Origin: Haplodiscus bocki | Lineage: Eukaryota | Assembly (NCBI GenBank): GCA_965655095.1 | Contig: OZ296648.1 | Span: 139,314,001 to 139,378,000, forward strand | Length of the DNA stretch: 64,000 nt | Direction of reading: 5' to 3' | Shown: positions 1 through 13,534 of the stretch, in pieces | How the letters are laid out: the number at the start of each line of letters is the position of its first letter | Numbering within the stretch: the stretch's first letter is position 1 | Notes under the pieces: generated by a model | Databases searched by the model: none | Seen by the model: the letters and a program-made list of their open reading frames with translations, nothing else | What the model was told of the DNA's origin: nothing | Program-made: the position numbers and the translations under genes

Positions 1-1139
1 TTCCCACATTTGAGCTACATAAAGTGTGAAACGCACCTCACTGTAACCTATAATTAGTTTCGCTTCAAATATATCATTTTAGAATGAAAAAAATTTTACC
101 AGAAAAAAAGAAACAATAAATAACACGAGCCGAGACAATATATAATTACTCTTCTTCCGATAAAACAGAGAGACAAAAATTACCGATGCCCTAATTGCTT
201 TGATTGAGCGGTTTTGATAAACGACACCTTCTTAAAGCAACATCCCTGAATGAACTCTAGGTTTTGAATCATTATTTCTGGTAAAAATAAATTGGAAACA
301 CTTCCACGAATCAAAAGGTGCGGCCATACCGCAAAATAAAAGAATCAAAGCCCAGGGAATATATGCACTTCATATCTCTACAAATAAAAATATGTTATTA
401 TGTAACAAAAACTTTCGGAGCTCAAATGATGCCTCAAACGAGAAGCTTAGTAAGCCCAAAAAAGAATAAGTAGGTTAACTACAGACGATAGCAATTTTAT
501 TGCAAGGTTTTCAGGTGAATTAAAGAAAACCAACAATTATAGAATTATTCTAGGTTATTTATATTCTTTCAGTTCTTCGCAACTGATTCACAAAAACTGC
601 GTAAAATAGGGATTATTCGGAGGAAATGCTCATCTCGTCATTTACGAGGAGTTGAAAAACGTGCGTGGAGCTCTATACCTTGCGGGTTCGATCCTTAGCA
701 CACCTTTCTTGCCAAGTCGTCACTAAAGCAGTATGTAAAGCTTTAAAATCATTCTATGGATTTGACAAGATAGGCATCAAGGATGCTAGGCATTAAGCGC
801 CAAGAATTTAGAACAGTAAAAAACTGGAGCTAGCGAATTCATTATAATTTACGACAAAAAAGTATGAATTGGGGGAATTCAGGAAAAACTGAGCGTCGAA
901 CTAAGCAATGAAAAATTGGGAGCGTTTTTCAGAAAAATCGACGCTTTGAATAGCTTGCAATTTTCTGACACTTTGAGGATCAACAATTTTTCGACTCGAT
1001 GAAAGGTCGTCATTTGAAAAAAGAGGAAAATAAAATCCGAGTTGAAATGACAAATTTGACGATATTCCAACTCACTACTTGTACTTGATTCACGTCTTTG
1101 TTCTATTAGTGCATTGTCAAAAGATGTCGACTATCAAGA

Positions 1140-3260
1140 GCTCTCTTTCTTGCAAGTGCGGAAAAGGCAGTGTACTCTCAGTGTATACTCGAATTTTATT
1201 AGTGTCCGTTTTTTAACCTCCTTCCGATCTTTTGCCAATGATCTTTCCAGTTGTGCCCACACTTTTTAATTTCTCTTTTCCCATAACATGCAAGCCCAGG
1301 AAAGTTGTTTGCCGCTTTGTGATTGTCTTCATTATCCAACTTCACTTCCTAGCTTTTCCGAGGACCTAAACCTTTGAAATTTTGTCTCTCCACTTGATTT
1401 TCAGCATCCCCAGCAACCAAATTTCGTCAGGTATTAACTTATTCTTGTCTGCTGTCATCAATGTCCAGGTTTCACAGCCGCACAAAAGCGTCTCAATATT
1501 TTATCTGAGTATTCTAAATCTTGTGCATTTGTCAATTCTAGATACGAAAGAGCGCAATTCATTTTCTGGGAGGCTTGATTAGATGCAGCAACTAGATCAA
1601 AAAATCTCGCTGGCTCGTTCCATCTTCAGTTATAACTCTACCCCAATACTTGAAAGCATTAACTTGTTCTAGAGTTCTGTTGAAAGTTTTTTCGATTGCA
1701 CATTTTGATTCCTCTACATTACAAGAACTTTCGTTGTCTTCGAATTCATTTCAACATTAAACTTTCCTACTTTTTCATTCAAAACACTCAAAAGGTTTTG
1801 CGAAACGTTTTCGTTCGTTGCAAGAAGAACTGTGTCATCTGCATATCTGATAGTGTTGAGATTAGCAACATAAAATCGAATGCATCCTTCTCCTTGAATG
1901 CTTCTTGTAATCATTTAGGAGTAGAGGAAGAAAAAATCGGGAGAAAAGATGTCGCCAGGCCGAGAAAAAAAATCCAATAGGAACGTTACCAGACAAAACG
2001 TTTCCTACTTGCATCGCAGCAGTCTGGTTGACACACAGGTCTTGTTCTAACCTTAAAACTTTATCGGTCAAATCTTTTTCGCTTGGGATGTCACGAGATG
2101 TCACATTGCCCTCTATCAAAACCTTCTGCGTAATCTATGAAAGCAATATAGACTGACGTTCAAATCACCAGAGCGTTCACCCAGAGTCTTGGAAGCACAA
2201 ATTGCATTTCGGGTGCCCTTGTCTGGTAAGATTCCTTAGCGGTTTTCACAAAAAGTGCTTCTTAACTCTCTCTCGCTCTCTCTTGATCACACTAAGTGAG
2301 AATTTCGTCACATGACCCATCAGAGCAAAAGTTCTGAAATCTTTACACCCCTGTGTTCGTGGTTTCTTTGGTAAAAACATGAAAGTACGTTTTCACAACT
2401 CTCCAAGGAATTCTCTCTCTTCGTAAATTGAAGAACATGACGAGAAATCAAAAGCTGGATCCCAAAAATCGACTATGAAGTCCACCGTGATTCTAACCTC
2501 ACCAGTGGCTTGCCTAGCTTCGTCCTTCTCAAGGAACTCTCAATTTCTTCATGCAAAATTGGTTCACCGAAAGTTTTCCGTCCAAAGCTTTAGTATCTCT
2601 CGAATCGTCACTGTAAAGGGAAACAACATACATCCCCCAAATAAGTAGTTTGTCTTTCGACTAAAAGAAGTTTGTCTTTCGAATCAAGGAGTGACTGCCC
2701 TTTCTCAATTTTGATTACTGATGCAACATGAGTACTTACGTTTTCCGGTCGCTTCCCCAATGAGTCGACATTCCTTCGGTAAAACAAATCATCATTTTCT
2801 CAAAGTCATCACGTTTTGCGTAGAAAAATATCTCTTTTGCTTCAAAGCATAAGAATTTGACAAATCGATTCAGTTTCTTGTATTTTTTGTTTTTTTTTGC
2901 AAATACCGTCGTTTGTTCATCATTTCCATTATCTTTTGCGTCACCCATGGCTTCAATTTTGCCCTTTAGTTAACAGGGACATGTTTGTCCAAAGTTTATG
3001 TAAATGCCATATTCCAGCGTTCCCTTGATGAACTGCTTCTTCATTGCGTATCAAACTGTTAGTTCTTAACCTTTCCTCTCTGGTTGCTTGGAGCGATGTT
3101 GATTCCACTTTTTTGAAATCCCAGCCCTTCCTGGCTTGCGCCCTTTTAGCTTTTGTCAGTCTGGCTTCTTTCGTCGCTACGACCGGCACGTGATCACTGT
3201 CGCACTCTCCGCCGGGAAACGTTATACAGTTTTTCATGAAGTTGATCCATGTAAAGTAGT
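1140..3260 (-). mobile_element. Degraded RTE-clade non-LTR retrotransposon (ORF2 remnants)
   Basis: Minus-strand fragments in the expected order: endonuclease C-terminus TFPGGECDSDHVPVV (2953-3237), RT NLNTIRYADDTVLLA (1714-1914) and the post-RT LLCGCETWT motif (~1460-1490). Many stops and frameshifts; ends approximate. Confidence 0.8.
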
Positions 3261-6200
3261 GCTGAAAAACACATCACAGCACAAATCTCAAACTCGAATA
3301 TCACAATACCCATTAAGATAATAAAACGGCCTTGCTAAAATGTTTTTAGAATTTCATCTAATTTTTCATCGCTTGTGTTTAGAACGTCTACGGTCAAAAT
3401 TGCAAAAGTAAGGAAAAGCCATTTTTGGCTAAGTTTGGCTCAAATTGGCAGTTTTTTCTATTTTTGGTCCACTTAAATCATTGTTTTCCGGCAATTTTTT
3501 AGTCAAGAAAATTCCCTTGACTATCCTGAAGCCACTGATACAATTTGAATCAAAAAGCAATCCGAGATAGGAAAAAAACCAGGCCTCTAAAATAGTGACT
3601 TCCATTTTCACATGTAATAACAGAGGATTTGAAATTTGTAAATTTCAAACTTTCCATTTTAAAGAAAAACTCAACACAACTTTGATATGAAGAGGTATAA
3701 GTGGCTTCAGGAGATTCAGGGGATTTGTGGCGAAAAATTTGGCGAATAAAGTTTCTAGGACACTCAAAAATAGGTAAATTAGCCAATGGGATTTGTCAAA
3801 TTGGGTCTATTTCGAGTTCCTTAATGCGTTTGTTTTCAACTGTACTTATTTGGGATCGTAGAGTGAATAGCGAAGAGTGGCGTCCACTCTAGCTTGGGAA
3901 AGCGAAGAAATAAAAACGAATAAAAGTAAAGATTGCGCTTCACTCTATCACTCAGCCTCGCTCAGTCGCCCAGTCATGCCTAAAAATCCTAGAGACATAC
4001 AGCGATGGTCAAATTCGGTCAAGTCAAGTTCATTAACAGAAGAGATTAACAGAGCTCCCAATGAATCTTACGCCAGAGTACAACAACGAATTACTCGAAA
4101 AGATTGCCACAGTTGAAAGGTGTATGTTTGAAGAAAACACCGACATTCCCCTGTTTGATTTTTTCAAAGCTACTTAATACGGGAAGAAGAGAGAGCAGAA
4201 AAATACATTGTGTTTACAAATTAAAAGTGATCAAAAGAGCTTTGTTGGAGAAAAAGAAAGCTAAGTAGTAACAAGCGTGCGCTTCTTTGGTTTTTCAACA
4301 ATCAGCAATAGATGAAAAGATTTTTTTTCTGTGATTTCATCTCGTGTAACAATTCGGCACAATATTAATACAAATTTCACTCCTCAATGTCAAGGTGTAA
4401 CACGGGAAAAGCGACACTCATCGACAATGATATTAGAATCATTTTTGCACAGCTTTTTGTTTCAACGGGAGGAAAATAGGACACATGATAACAACAGGTT
4501 GTTCAAATGTACATAGATTAAATATGTGTACATGTAATAATAACAATAACAATATAACGATAACAGATAAAATTGATTCTAAATCAATAAATTCGCAAGC
4601 TATCAAATTGTTCCAGTTTAAAATCAGAATGGGATGGAAATGTGAGGCGGCGAGACTGAGTAATTAATTTTTATGGACGCAATTGGAGTAAGTATGTATG
4701 TTTGTTTGTTTGAATGGTATAAATTATGGATGGTAAGAATAAATGAATGGGCGGTAGCCGTCGCTGCCGATGGAGGCCGTGGCTTGAATGGCGGTGGCGA
4801 CAGTATGGAATGCCACAAAAATATTGGTACCCGCACAGGTATGAATGAACGAAAATGAATGATCTTTTGAATGGTCACATTTTAAGACATGCAATCATGT
4901 ACAAGTATGTTTTAATCGCCGCTTAGGTGTTGAACAATACTTCTCTATCCTGTCGCTCAGTCTCTCTTCTGTTGTAGAATTAAAATAGAAGAGGGGAATT
5001 ACAAGAGCCTGTTAGTGAAATACTTCCTTATAATAAAAGTAAGCCATATATAGTAATAGCAGTCACAGTAAAATCCAACACTGCTGAATTAATACCAACA
5101 CACTGGGCGAGCCGTGGTATTATGGTTGGTATACAAAACAAGTAGTGGAACCGGTGTGGGCGATCAACAATAGAAGAGCAAAAGAAACAGTACTACCAGC
5201 AAGTACTGCTTAATGAAAGGTAATTACGTTTCCATTTTTTTCGACGTGTTAGAAATAGGAATAGCAACAAAACTTCAATTGTTTCCACCACCAAATCAAA
5301 ATAAACACAAAATAAGCACCATTAAAATACTAGAGATCATTTTGTTCAGTTTCTCCGTTAAAAAAAAAACGAAGGAATTGGAGCGAAAAGGAGGGGGGGG
5401 GGCGAAAAATGCGTACCCATCTATAAGCAACCGTTTAGATGTATTAGTCTTGGTGATATCCGGTTGTACCGCTCAGCCCAGCCCGGATTCCAATAATATG
5501 ATGTCAGTATTGGCCGGCAGTTTTGTCAATTGGGATTTATTTTTAGAAAAAAAATGAGCAATAAAGAGAGGCAAGCACAAAAGATCAAACACCCACCATC
5601 TAACTAGTCAAACACACGTGCCAGCCGCTTTGGTGTTACCGCTATTGTTGCTGGAAACCGGCGCCGCACTACGGTATATACCTGTTTAAAGACCTGTGCG
5701 AGTCATCAAAAAATATCAGCTAAGGCCGGTCCTTTTTTCTATGAGGGAGTTTTCAAATCAAAAGTATAGGGACTACACAAGAAGCAATGAAAAAAAAGCA
5801 TTTGGTCGGTTTTGTATGACAAATTGACAAAAGCAAAAAATATATGTGTGGTTCTTACTTGGTTCTATAATATCGTCATCTTTTCATTCTAGTTTTTATT
5901 CCCACGTCTTGACGCTGAATCCCTTCAGATGAAATTAAGCCAGTTACAATGCCTCCAAATAACACTCAACACCAATAACTGACGTTTAGTAAGTTAGCAA
6001 AATACTACATACCATTTCACATATTATTAAACAATTGATAAAATGGCGGCATTTATACAATAAGTATTTGATGTAAAGCAAGCTCTGTAAGATATGTCTC
6101 TTCAAATTTTTATTGAAGTCTATCCGGCTATTTTGTGATCCTTTTTTGTCCATCAGCGGCGTTTTGTGATCTTTTGCTTTGCAACTGCAATCAATAAAGT

Positions 6201-8039
6201 GCTAACTGCATCATTTGGCCTTCATAGAAAGGAATCGTGAATTGCCAAATGGTTTTGTCTTTGATTAGCCGCCTAATTCGAAAGTCACACTCGATCACAT
6301 CGAAGGCAATGATCACATCAATAGATGATGCAATTTCATACATATTCCTTTTTTAAAATCTCAACTGTTTTTTGAGCTTCCGAAGTTTCTTGTTCAGATT
6401 TTCCAAGAAATTATTCTTTTGGAAAAATAATTCTAATTTGGGCACGGAAGGTAAATGTGATATTGGAAAATTATTTAAAAAATACTTCATGACATAAGGA
6501 ATTTCTCCGTGACAGCTCCAGGACCTCCATGACACTAAAATCTATTTCATGACCTCCATGTCATCGTGGCCGTCCAGTCAAAAATCGTAACTTCCGCTAA
6601 GTATTGATCTAACGCATCTAAGAGAGATCTAACGCATCAGGCATTTCAATGTACATAGGTAACTGCCACGGTTGGCAAATCTTGATAATTATCATCCGAT
6701 ATTTTTTTTCTATATTTACAATAAATATCGATTCAATCTGGTCAAAAAATTCATTGAGACGCATCATAATTCTAAACTATCCAAAAAGGACAAAAGGTCT
6801 TGTCTTTCCTGCTTTGAATAAACAGAATTCACTAATGAGGCATGTTCGCTTGTGGCGTTTGGCAATAATTTTTCCAAAATAATTCTAAATATTGACTAAC
6901 TACTATGATTTTAGGAGGGCTGTGAATTAAATATTAATCGAAACTATAAAAAATTGAATATATATCAATTGATACTTATGAAGTATATGTATCGGTCAAA
7001 CCTGATAGGGGCAGAATGTTGAGTATATTAAAACGTTGGTTTCCGGGATCCATGAAGCTGCTTTGTGCTGTATTTTTTTCAGCATATGAGAAGGGTAAGC
7101 GTAATTTTGCGGATCGAAGCATGAAGTCATAAAAGTGTTGCGTTTCCCAGAAGGGACAATGACGTATATTGAGAGCATAAAAAGAACTGCTCCTTGGCAG
7201 CCACCATAGCTTTCCACAGATAAGAATGCAGCAAATTTCTGAATTTACAGAGTTTGGAGGCAACTTCAAATTTATCATAGTTCCATGTTTCAATAGAAAA
7301 CTTTCCCTAACGGAAAATTTCCTTACTTCAACAATTGCAGAAAATTTAGGGAACTAAAACACCCCTTGCTTCTACCGAAAGTTTTGCCCGACGATAAAAG
7401 TTTCAGAGGGGAGTATCCAGAATCTGCTGCAGTACCGTCACTCGTTGGAAAACTCTCCTAATTTGTTCTCTTCCAGAGCTCACTAGATAACTCGGAAAAA
7501 GCAGTTGAAAGCAGCTTCTCTAGAGTGCTCACACTTGAACCTTGAAAAAAGAAATCCCAGAGTCTCTTTTCCAGAAAAGATGGCTATTTCTTCAATAATT
7601 CTTTATTATCTCCCTTCAATTCTGCTTTTGATAAAGCAAGTTTTCACAGACATCCAAGAGAATAATCGAACAAAGTGATATAGCAAGTGGACAAACTTCT
7701 ACTTCACTTCAAAATTCTAGTCAATTTCGAAAGTCGCAGCAATGAAAATTTATCTTACACAGTAAGTGCCATTGCCTAACAATGGACGGTTTGTGTCCAT
7801 CGCTAAAAAAAATTATATGATATAGACGTCATGAAGCTCATCTGAAGTGCCATATTTTGTGTCAATGGGGAGCATAAGGGAGCGATCGAAAAAACAACAG
7901 ATAGCTTTGACAAAGAGACCCATTAGTTTCGAAGGCACGCAACTTCAAAAAAAGGAATTCCAGTGTTTGAACTGTCCGGCTATCAAGTATCCAATTTCAT
8001 TCTACGTAGCTAGATACTTTTAACAGCTGACCTTGAAAA

Positions 8040-9320
8040 ACTTGATGGAAGAAACTCAACCCGTAGTTATGGCGGAAAATGAGTTCGGACATCGCGCAAC
8101 ATCATTACTAAAAGCACTTTTTAGCCTTGATGGAAATAATCAAGCCGGTAGTTTCAGGTCAAAAATATTTTGAAGATTAGAAGATTTCAAATTTTATTGC
8201 TTTTCTTGGCACATACCGCCTGTCAGAACTCTGATGCTAAGAACCACAACGATCTCTCAACCGGGAAAGCTTTTACAGGTAGTAAAGTCTAAATTCAGAA
8301 ACTAAGCTGTAATATCGGTGGAAATTTGCGTTTCTGAAATATGCAAAGAAAACCTGCAATGATTGAAGAGCAAGTGTTTCTACATTTACAAAACAGTCGA
8401 CTGGAACCTTGGTCGATGTAATCCAGTTAATCCGGTAGTTACGGCCATAAAAGTTTAGGTTAAAAAACAATAAAAGCATTTAGTACTTTGGACCCCAATA
8501 AGTAACTAAACCAGTGACTTTTTGATTGCAAATGTTTCACAAGCAGGAAAATGCCGATTAAGAACTTGGTGGTAGTGGGTAGTTGAAACGAAAAACGAAA
8601 TTGGATATGGCAGAAAAGTAATTGCACATCCTTTGCATTTTCAGCCTATGAGGACTCTTACGGAAAGAAGTAAACCGCTAATGACTTAAATGGAAAAAGT
8701 TTTACGAGTAAAAAAAACTGTTGACATTTATAGATACATTTTAACCGGTAGTTATGGCGGAAAAAAGGGTATCAAGGATAACCAATAGGAAAGGCAATTT
8801 CATTGGATTTTTGACCTATTGGAAATCCTATGCTAGAAGGAAAACTGGCAGATGGCTTCAAAAGTACGAAAAAATTATAGTGACTTTGATAGACCAAATC
8901 CAACCGGAACTCGTGGCTACTAAAAAAGGACTTTGAGTATGCAAGAAAATCAAGGTAAAAGCATTTTTAGCCTTTTCAGCCAAGCATGATCTTGGAGGAA
9001 AGATTTTCTCACTACAGCAACTCCTACAAGTTGAAAAACTAAGGATTGGTAGCTCGGTGGAAAAAAAACTAGCCTATAGTTACGGAAAAAAAATGAAACT
9101 GGATATAGCGGAAATTTTTCAATGAAAGCACTTTTTGCCATTTTCGGCCCATCAGGACTCCAATGCAAGACGGAAAATTGGATGGCTGATTTAAAAATGA
9201 ATCCTAAAGTAGAAAACAGTTGATCGGCGCCTCGATGGCTGCAAGACAACCTGGTACCAACGGCGAAAAATGAGATTGAATATAACGTCAAATTTAAACT
9301 AACAACAGGATATCGAAATT
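8040..9320. repeat. Degenerate repeat array (ccggtagttatggcggaaaa motif)
   Basis: Motif variants recur at ~8060, ~8145, ~8430, ~8745 and ~9075, with shared neighbouring text such as aaagcacttttt. Confidence 0.5.
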
Positions 9321-12300
9321 AGTAACGAAATCGAGGATTTTCTTGATTTGAGATAGTTTTACAAGCAATATATTTCTGATTAACACCTTGATTGATGTAC
9401 TCCGTTACATATTTATTATAAAAAAGAAAATAAATAGATTTCCGGCTTTTCAGGAAAGTCGAAAAACTAATTTTTTTTGAAAAATTGTGACAGAACAGTC
9501 TGTTTGAATGGAAATTTTTTGACGAAAAAAACAACAAATTTATCAAAACCTACTGAATAACATTTTTCTTCGACGGAAAATATTATTGGATTCCAGTTTG
9601 TTGAATTGTGTTGCTCTGTTAGGGCGTCCGTCCCAGCCGCGTTGAAACCATTCAATTAAAAATGACAATGGAAATGAAAATCACGTTATTTATAAACTTA
9701 AGGATCTATTAAAACTTTTCGTGCGATGCAAATTCTTTTCTGCAGTGGTTATCAAATAGAAACGGTATCTCGAAACAAATAAAGTGAATAAAATGAAAAA
9801 CAAGCGGCGAAAAAGCACGTCGTTACCGCCCGTTAGGTTCAAATTACCCGAAGGAAAGTCGTCATGAGTTTGGTTTCAGTTTTCGACAAAAACTCATTAC
9901 ACCAAAAACACCTTAAGTCATCATTTTTTCACCAGCATTCGAGCGGCAAAATTTGACGAAAAATTGAGAGCCGTGGAAAAATTTTCTCGCGCAGTCGAAA
10001 AAATCTTTGGTGTTTTGGAAAAAATCGGTTACCAGAGCATTATAGGAACATGTCGCCCGACTACCACAGGGATAATTATCCGCCCTCCAACTATGTTACA
10101 AATGCCGTGCAAGGAAAAAATACCTTTCAATACATCAATATTGCTGCGTTTGTCCAATTTCAAAATTTTCAGATTTTTTAATGGAAAAACATGAACTTTT
10201 GTTGTGAGAAGGCGCTTTCAAGAAAGATTACCATCTTCTGTATTCCACAGCAAACTTGTGAAAAAGGGTGGAAAAACTTTTCGAAGTCAAAAATTGCATG
10301 ATTTTGGTAGGTAGAATTCAGCAATCGGCAAGCATATTAAAAACGCATGCGGTGAGTGGATGATTTTCATCCACATTTAAATATGAGGTGCAATGAAGAG
10401 GTTCTTTTCAGTTGCGTTCTGGACAATTTGTTGTGTGTTCAATGAAAAAGATGGATTCGAAGGGAGCTTAAGCCGCTGACGAAGAAAAAGATTTTTCGAA
10501 TCTCAAATTTATTTAATCGCTGACCGTTTTGTGGAAAATCAAACAAATATCAAAATGGGACGGTTTCAAATTTTCCTGCCGCATAAAAAAATAATAACCT
10601 CATAGTGCTAAAAAGCCCTCCCTGTTCCACTCCTATTACTCAAAAAACATAGTTCCAGAACACAAAAACATAGAAAAAAATACTAATTGAAAATTTTGTA
10701 GAATTCACGTCGGCGCTTCATTTCAGAAAAAACAAAGCCGACTATTTACCGTGACCCAATCTTTTTCGATGGCAGAAAGATTCCAGTGTTTGGGTAAAAT
10801 TTTATTGCCATTTTACTTTGATATGAACGGTGGTGTATAGGGTAGGACAAAAGGCTCGTTTCAGCGGGTGGTGAAGATACAGGTTCGGAAGTCTCTTATT
10901 TCTGAAAACTACTCCCCCCCCCCCGACAATTTGATGACGCCCTCTTCTATATTTTCCGCTTAACGTGCAGCACCGACCCCTGTCGTTCCGGGCTTATATT
11001 TATTCAAATGTTGGAAATTCAAAAAACTAGTTAGATTATGCGGTGTTTTACTAATTTCAACTCGTCGATTTTTACCAATTTTATTTGAATGAAACTGCCA
11101 TTCTCGATATATCAGATTCATTTTAAACCTCAAAATAAACTGGCAATGGTGATTACCCTTGACTGCGAGAATGAAAGAATCTATGAAAAAGAAATATTTC
11201 ATATTTCTTCGATTAGAGAAAATTTCGAGAAAATTGAAATCAAATGCAAGTATTGAGATTTGAAAATCAGCTTTAGTTTTGTGAAAAACTTTTCATTTTG
11301 GTGGTGTCATTTTACTAAAAGCTAGGAAGAGGGCCACAAACTAACAAGTGGTCTTCGATAAAAACCTCGAACAAAAGGCGCAGTAATAAATATTCGAGTC
11401 ACAAAAAAAGAAGCCAAAGAGCTTCATGCGCCGAATATGAACCGTACAAAACTTGACAAGCCTGCTTCTTTGCAAATTCTCCAGGTTGTGAGTTTTCGAA
11501 CACTCAATTGATGCTCTCCACCCAAGCTTCAGTTCCAGAGAAAAACAAACTAAATTTCATTAAATTAACCGCCGCGATTGCAAAGCCAAACAGGAAGAGC
11601 AAACAAGCAAAGTTAATTCCTTTCCCGCTAAATTTTAACTCGAGTATTGGACCTGAACACCCGATGATATTTTAGAGCAGAAAGGAAAAAAGTGGTTGAT
11701 GACCATATTCCTAAATACTTGCTAGTTGCGAGTGTAACACAGAGGTGGAGCGGAGCTTTCCAAAGATTGCACATCAATTTCCTCCAACATTCAGAAAAGA
11801 ACCACCCATCAATACCGCACGAAAAGCGTGTCGGAAAATGGGCAAAAACTTTCGGAAGGAATTTACCGTCATTGAAAAACTGAAATAGCCCAGACTAGGT
11901 CTAGAAATGATTGATTATATATTTGCCAGAAACTGCAAAAATAAGAAATTTCTCCTGGAAATACGTGACATTTACACAAGCAAATTTGAGTTCATCTAAG
12001 GAAATTTCACCAAACAATGGCACCCTAGAGCGCAAGGATGCTCGCTCTTTGCTCAGAAAGAATGTAGCACAAGAATGAAGAAAATGTTAAGAGAAGTAAC
12101 ACGTGCGTTTCTATTCTATCGGATGGTTGTAGCCAAAAGAGTAATATAGGGAGCAAACGAACAGACCTCCCTGAACAGCACAATTTAGCAGTTTCTGCAA
12201 AACTCGGGAGCACCATTTTGAAAGACGGCTTCGAAACTTGACTTCCAGACATGCAACTTTTTCAATTCATTGTGTCTGGACGCGTGTGCACAAAAATGCT

Positions 12301-12733
12301 TACGAAAGAGATGAAAATTCAAAAAACTAGCGTTTATTCTAATCTAAAAATGCTAAAAGGACCATTTCATGGCAAAATAAAGAAAACTTGATTCAAGAAT
12401 TGCAAAATTAAAGCACTTCTGGGTACAAAGCAGAAACAGAAGCAAAAAAAGAACAAAATTCCAGAAACGTCGAAGAAGTAGCTATTTCTCGTTCACTTGG
12501 AATCACTGAAAACCTAAATATTTAATTTTTTGGACTTCCTGCTGTATAGAGCACAGTATTGACTGTTTCTGTGTCGTATTCGTTAGGCCCTTTTGCTAGA
12601 AATGATATGGGAAGCAAAAGGGCAGAATCTGGTAAAATTGCAAAATTAGCTACTGTTGGTTCTTTAAATAGCGTCAAAAACAACATTTAGGTCACTGAAA
12701 AAGCACAATGAAAATAATTTTGCAAATTTCTAC

Positions 12734-13287
12734 GGTGGTTGTCTACAATTGTCCTTGTGTTTTCTAATCGGTCGGAAAAATAGCTAGAAAAATGACACAG
12801 AAATTAAAAAAACATTCGGAGAAACTCGGGAAATAGCTACTCTTCGCCTACTAAAACATTAAAAACGCCAGTTTTCGGCACCAACATTCAAAATTTTGAA
12901 AAATGCTTCATAATGTGGTTGTATACATTTTTCCTTGTGTTTTCTAATAGTTCGGAAAAATAGCTAGAAAAATCACACAGAAAATTAAAAAAAGACAAAA
13001 TTCGGAGAAACTCGGGAAATAGCTACTCTTCGCCTACTAAAACATTAAAAACGCCAGTCTTCGGCACCAACATTCAAAATTTTGAGAAATTCTTCATAAT
13101 GTGGTTGTCTACATTTTTCCTTGTGTTTTCTAATAGTTCGGGAAAATATTTAGAAAAATGACACAGAAATTAAAGAAAAAACAAAATTCGGGGGAACTCG
13201 GGAAATAGCTACTCTTAGCCCACTTTAAATCATTAAAAACGCCAGTCTTCGGCACCAGCTTTCAAAATTTTGAAAAAATCTTCATAA
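12734..13287. repeat. Tandem repeat, ~180-186 bp unit, 3 copies
   Basis: The unit gtggttgt.tacat...ccttgtgttttctaat...gggaaatagctactcttcgcctactaaaacattaaaaacgccagt...ttcataa starts at ~12735, 12915 and 13101. More diverged copies lie upstream from ~12400. Confidence 0.9.
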
Positions 13288-13534
13288 CGTAACGCTTCGT
13301 ATTGATTTATGCTATATGTGTAGTTAGAAAGAAGACTCGTAAGGCCACGGAGCGGAACTTGCGAACAATAGAGCAAACTTTAGCTACTTTTGTACACTAA
13401 ATAAAAAAATGCGTTTTTTCCAAGAAAACGGAAAAGGTCCTGCAAAATACGTCGGTATTAAATACGTCAACTTCTGCGCGAAAACGTTGACTTGGTCGGA
13501 AAAACAGCGAGCATTTGGGGAAAAATAGCAAAAC

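Noticed and set aside
10826-10925. tRNA-like A/B boxes (tggtgtatagggtagg ... ggttcg), with similar text at ~680 and ~60935
   Set aside because: No cloverleaf can be folded; at best these are decayed SINE heads, not tRNA genes.
12734-13287. Regularly spaced repeats considered as a CRISPR-like array
   Set aside because: Whole ~180-bp units repeat with no unique spacers, the context is eukaryotic and there are no cas genes.
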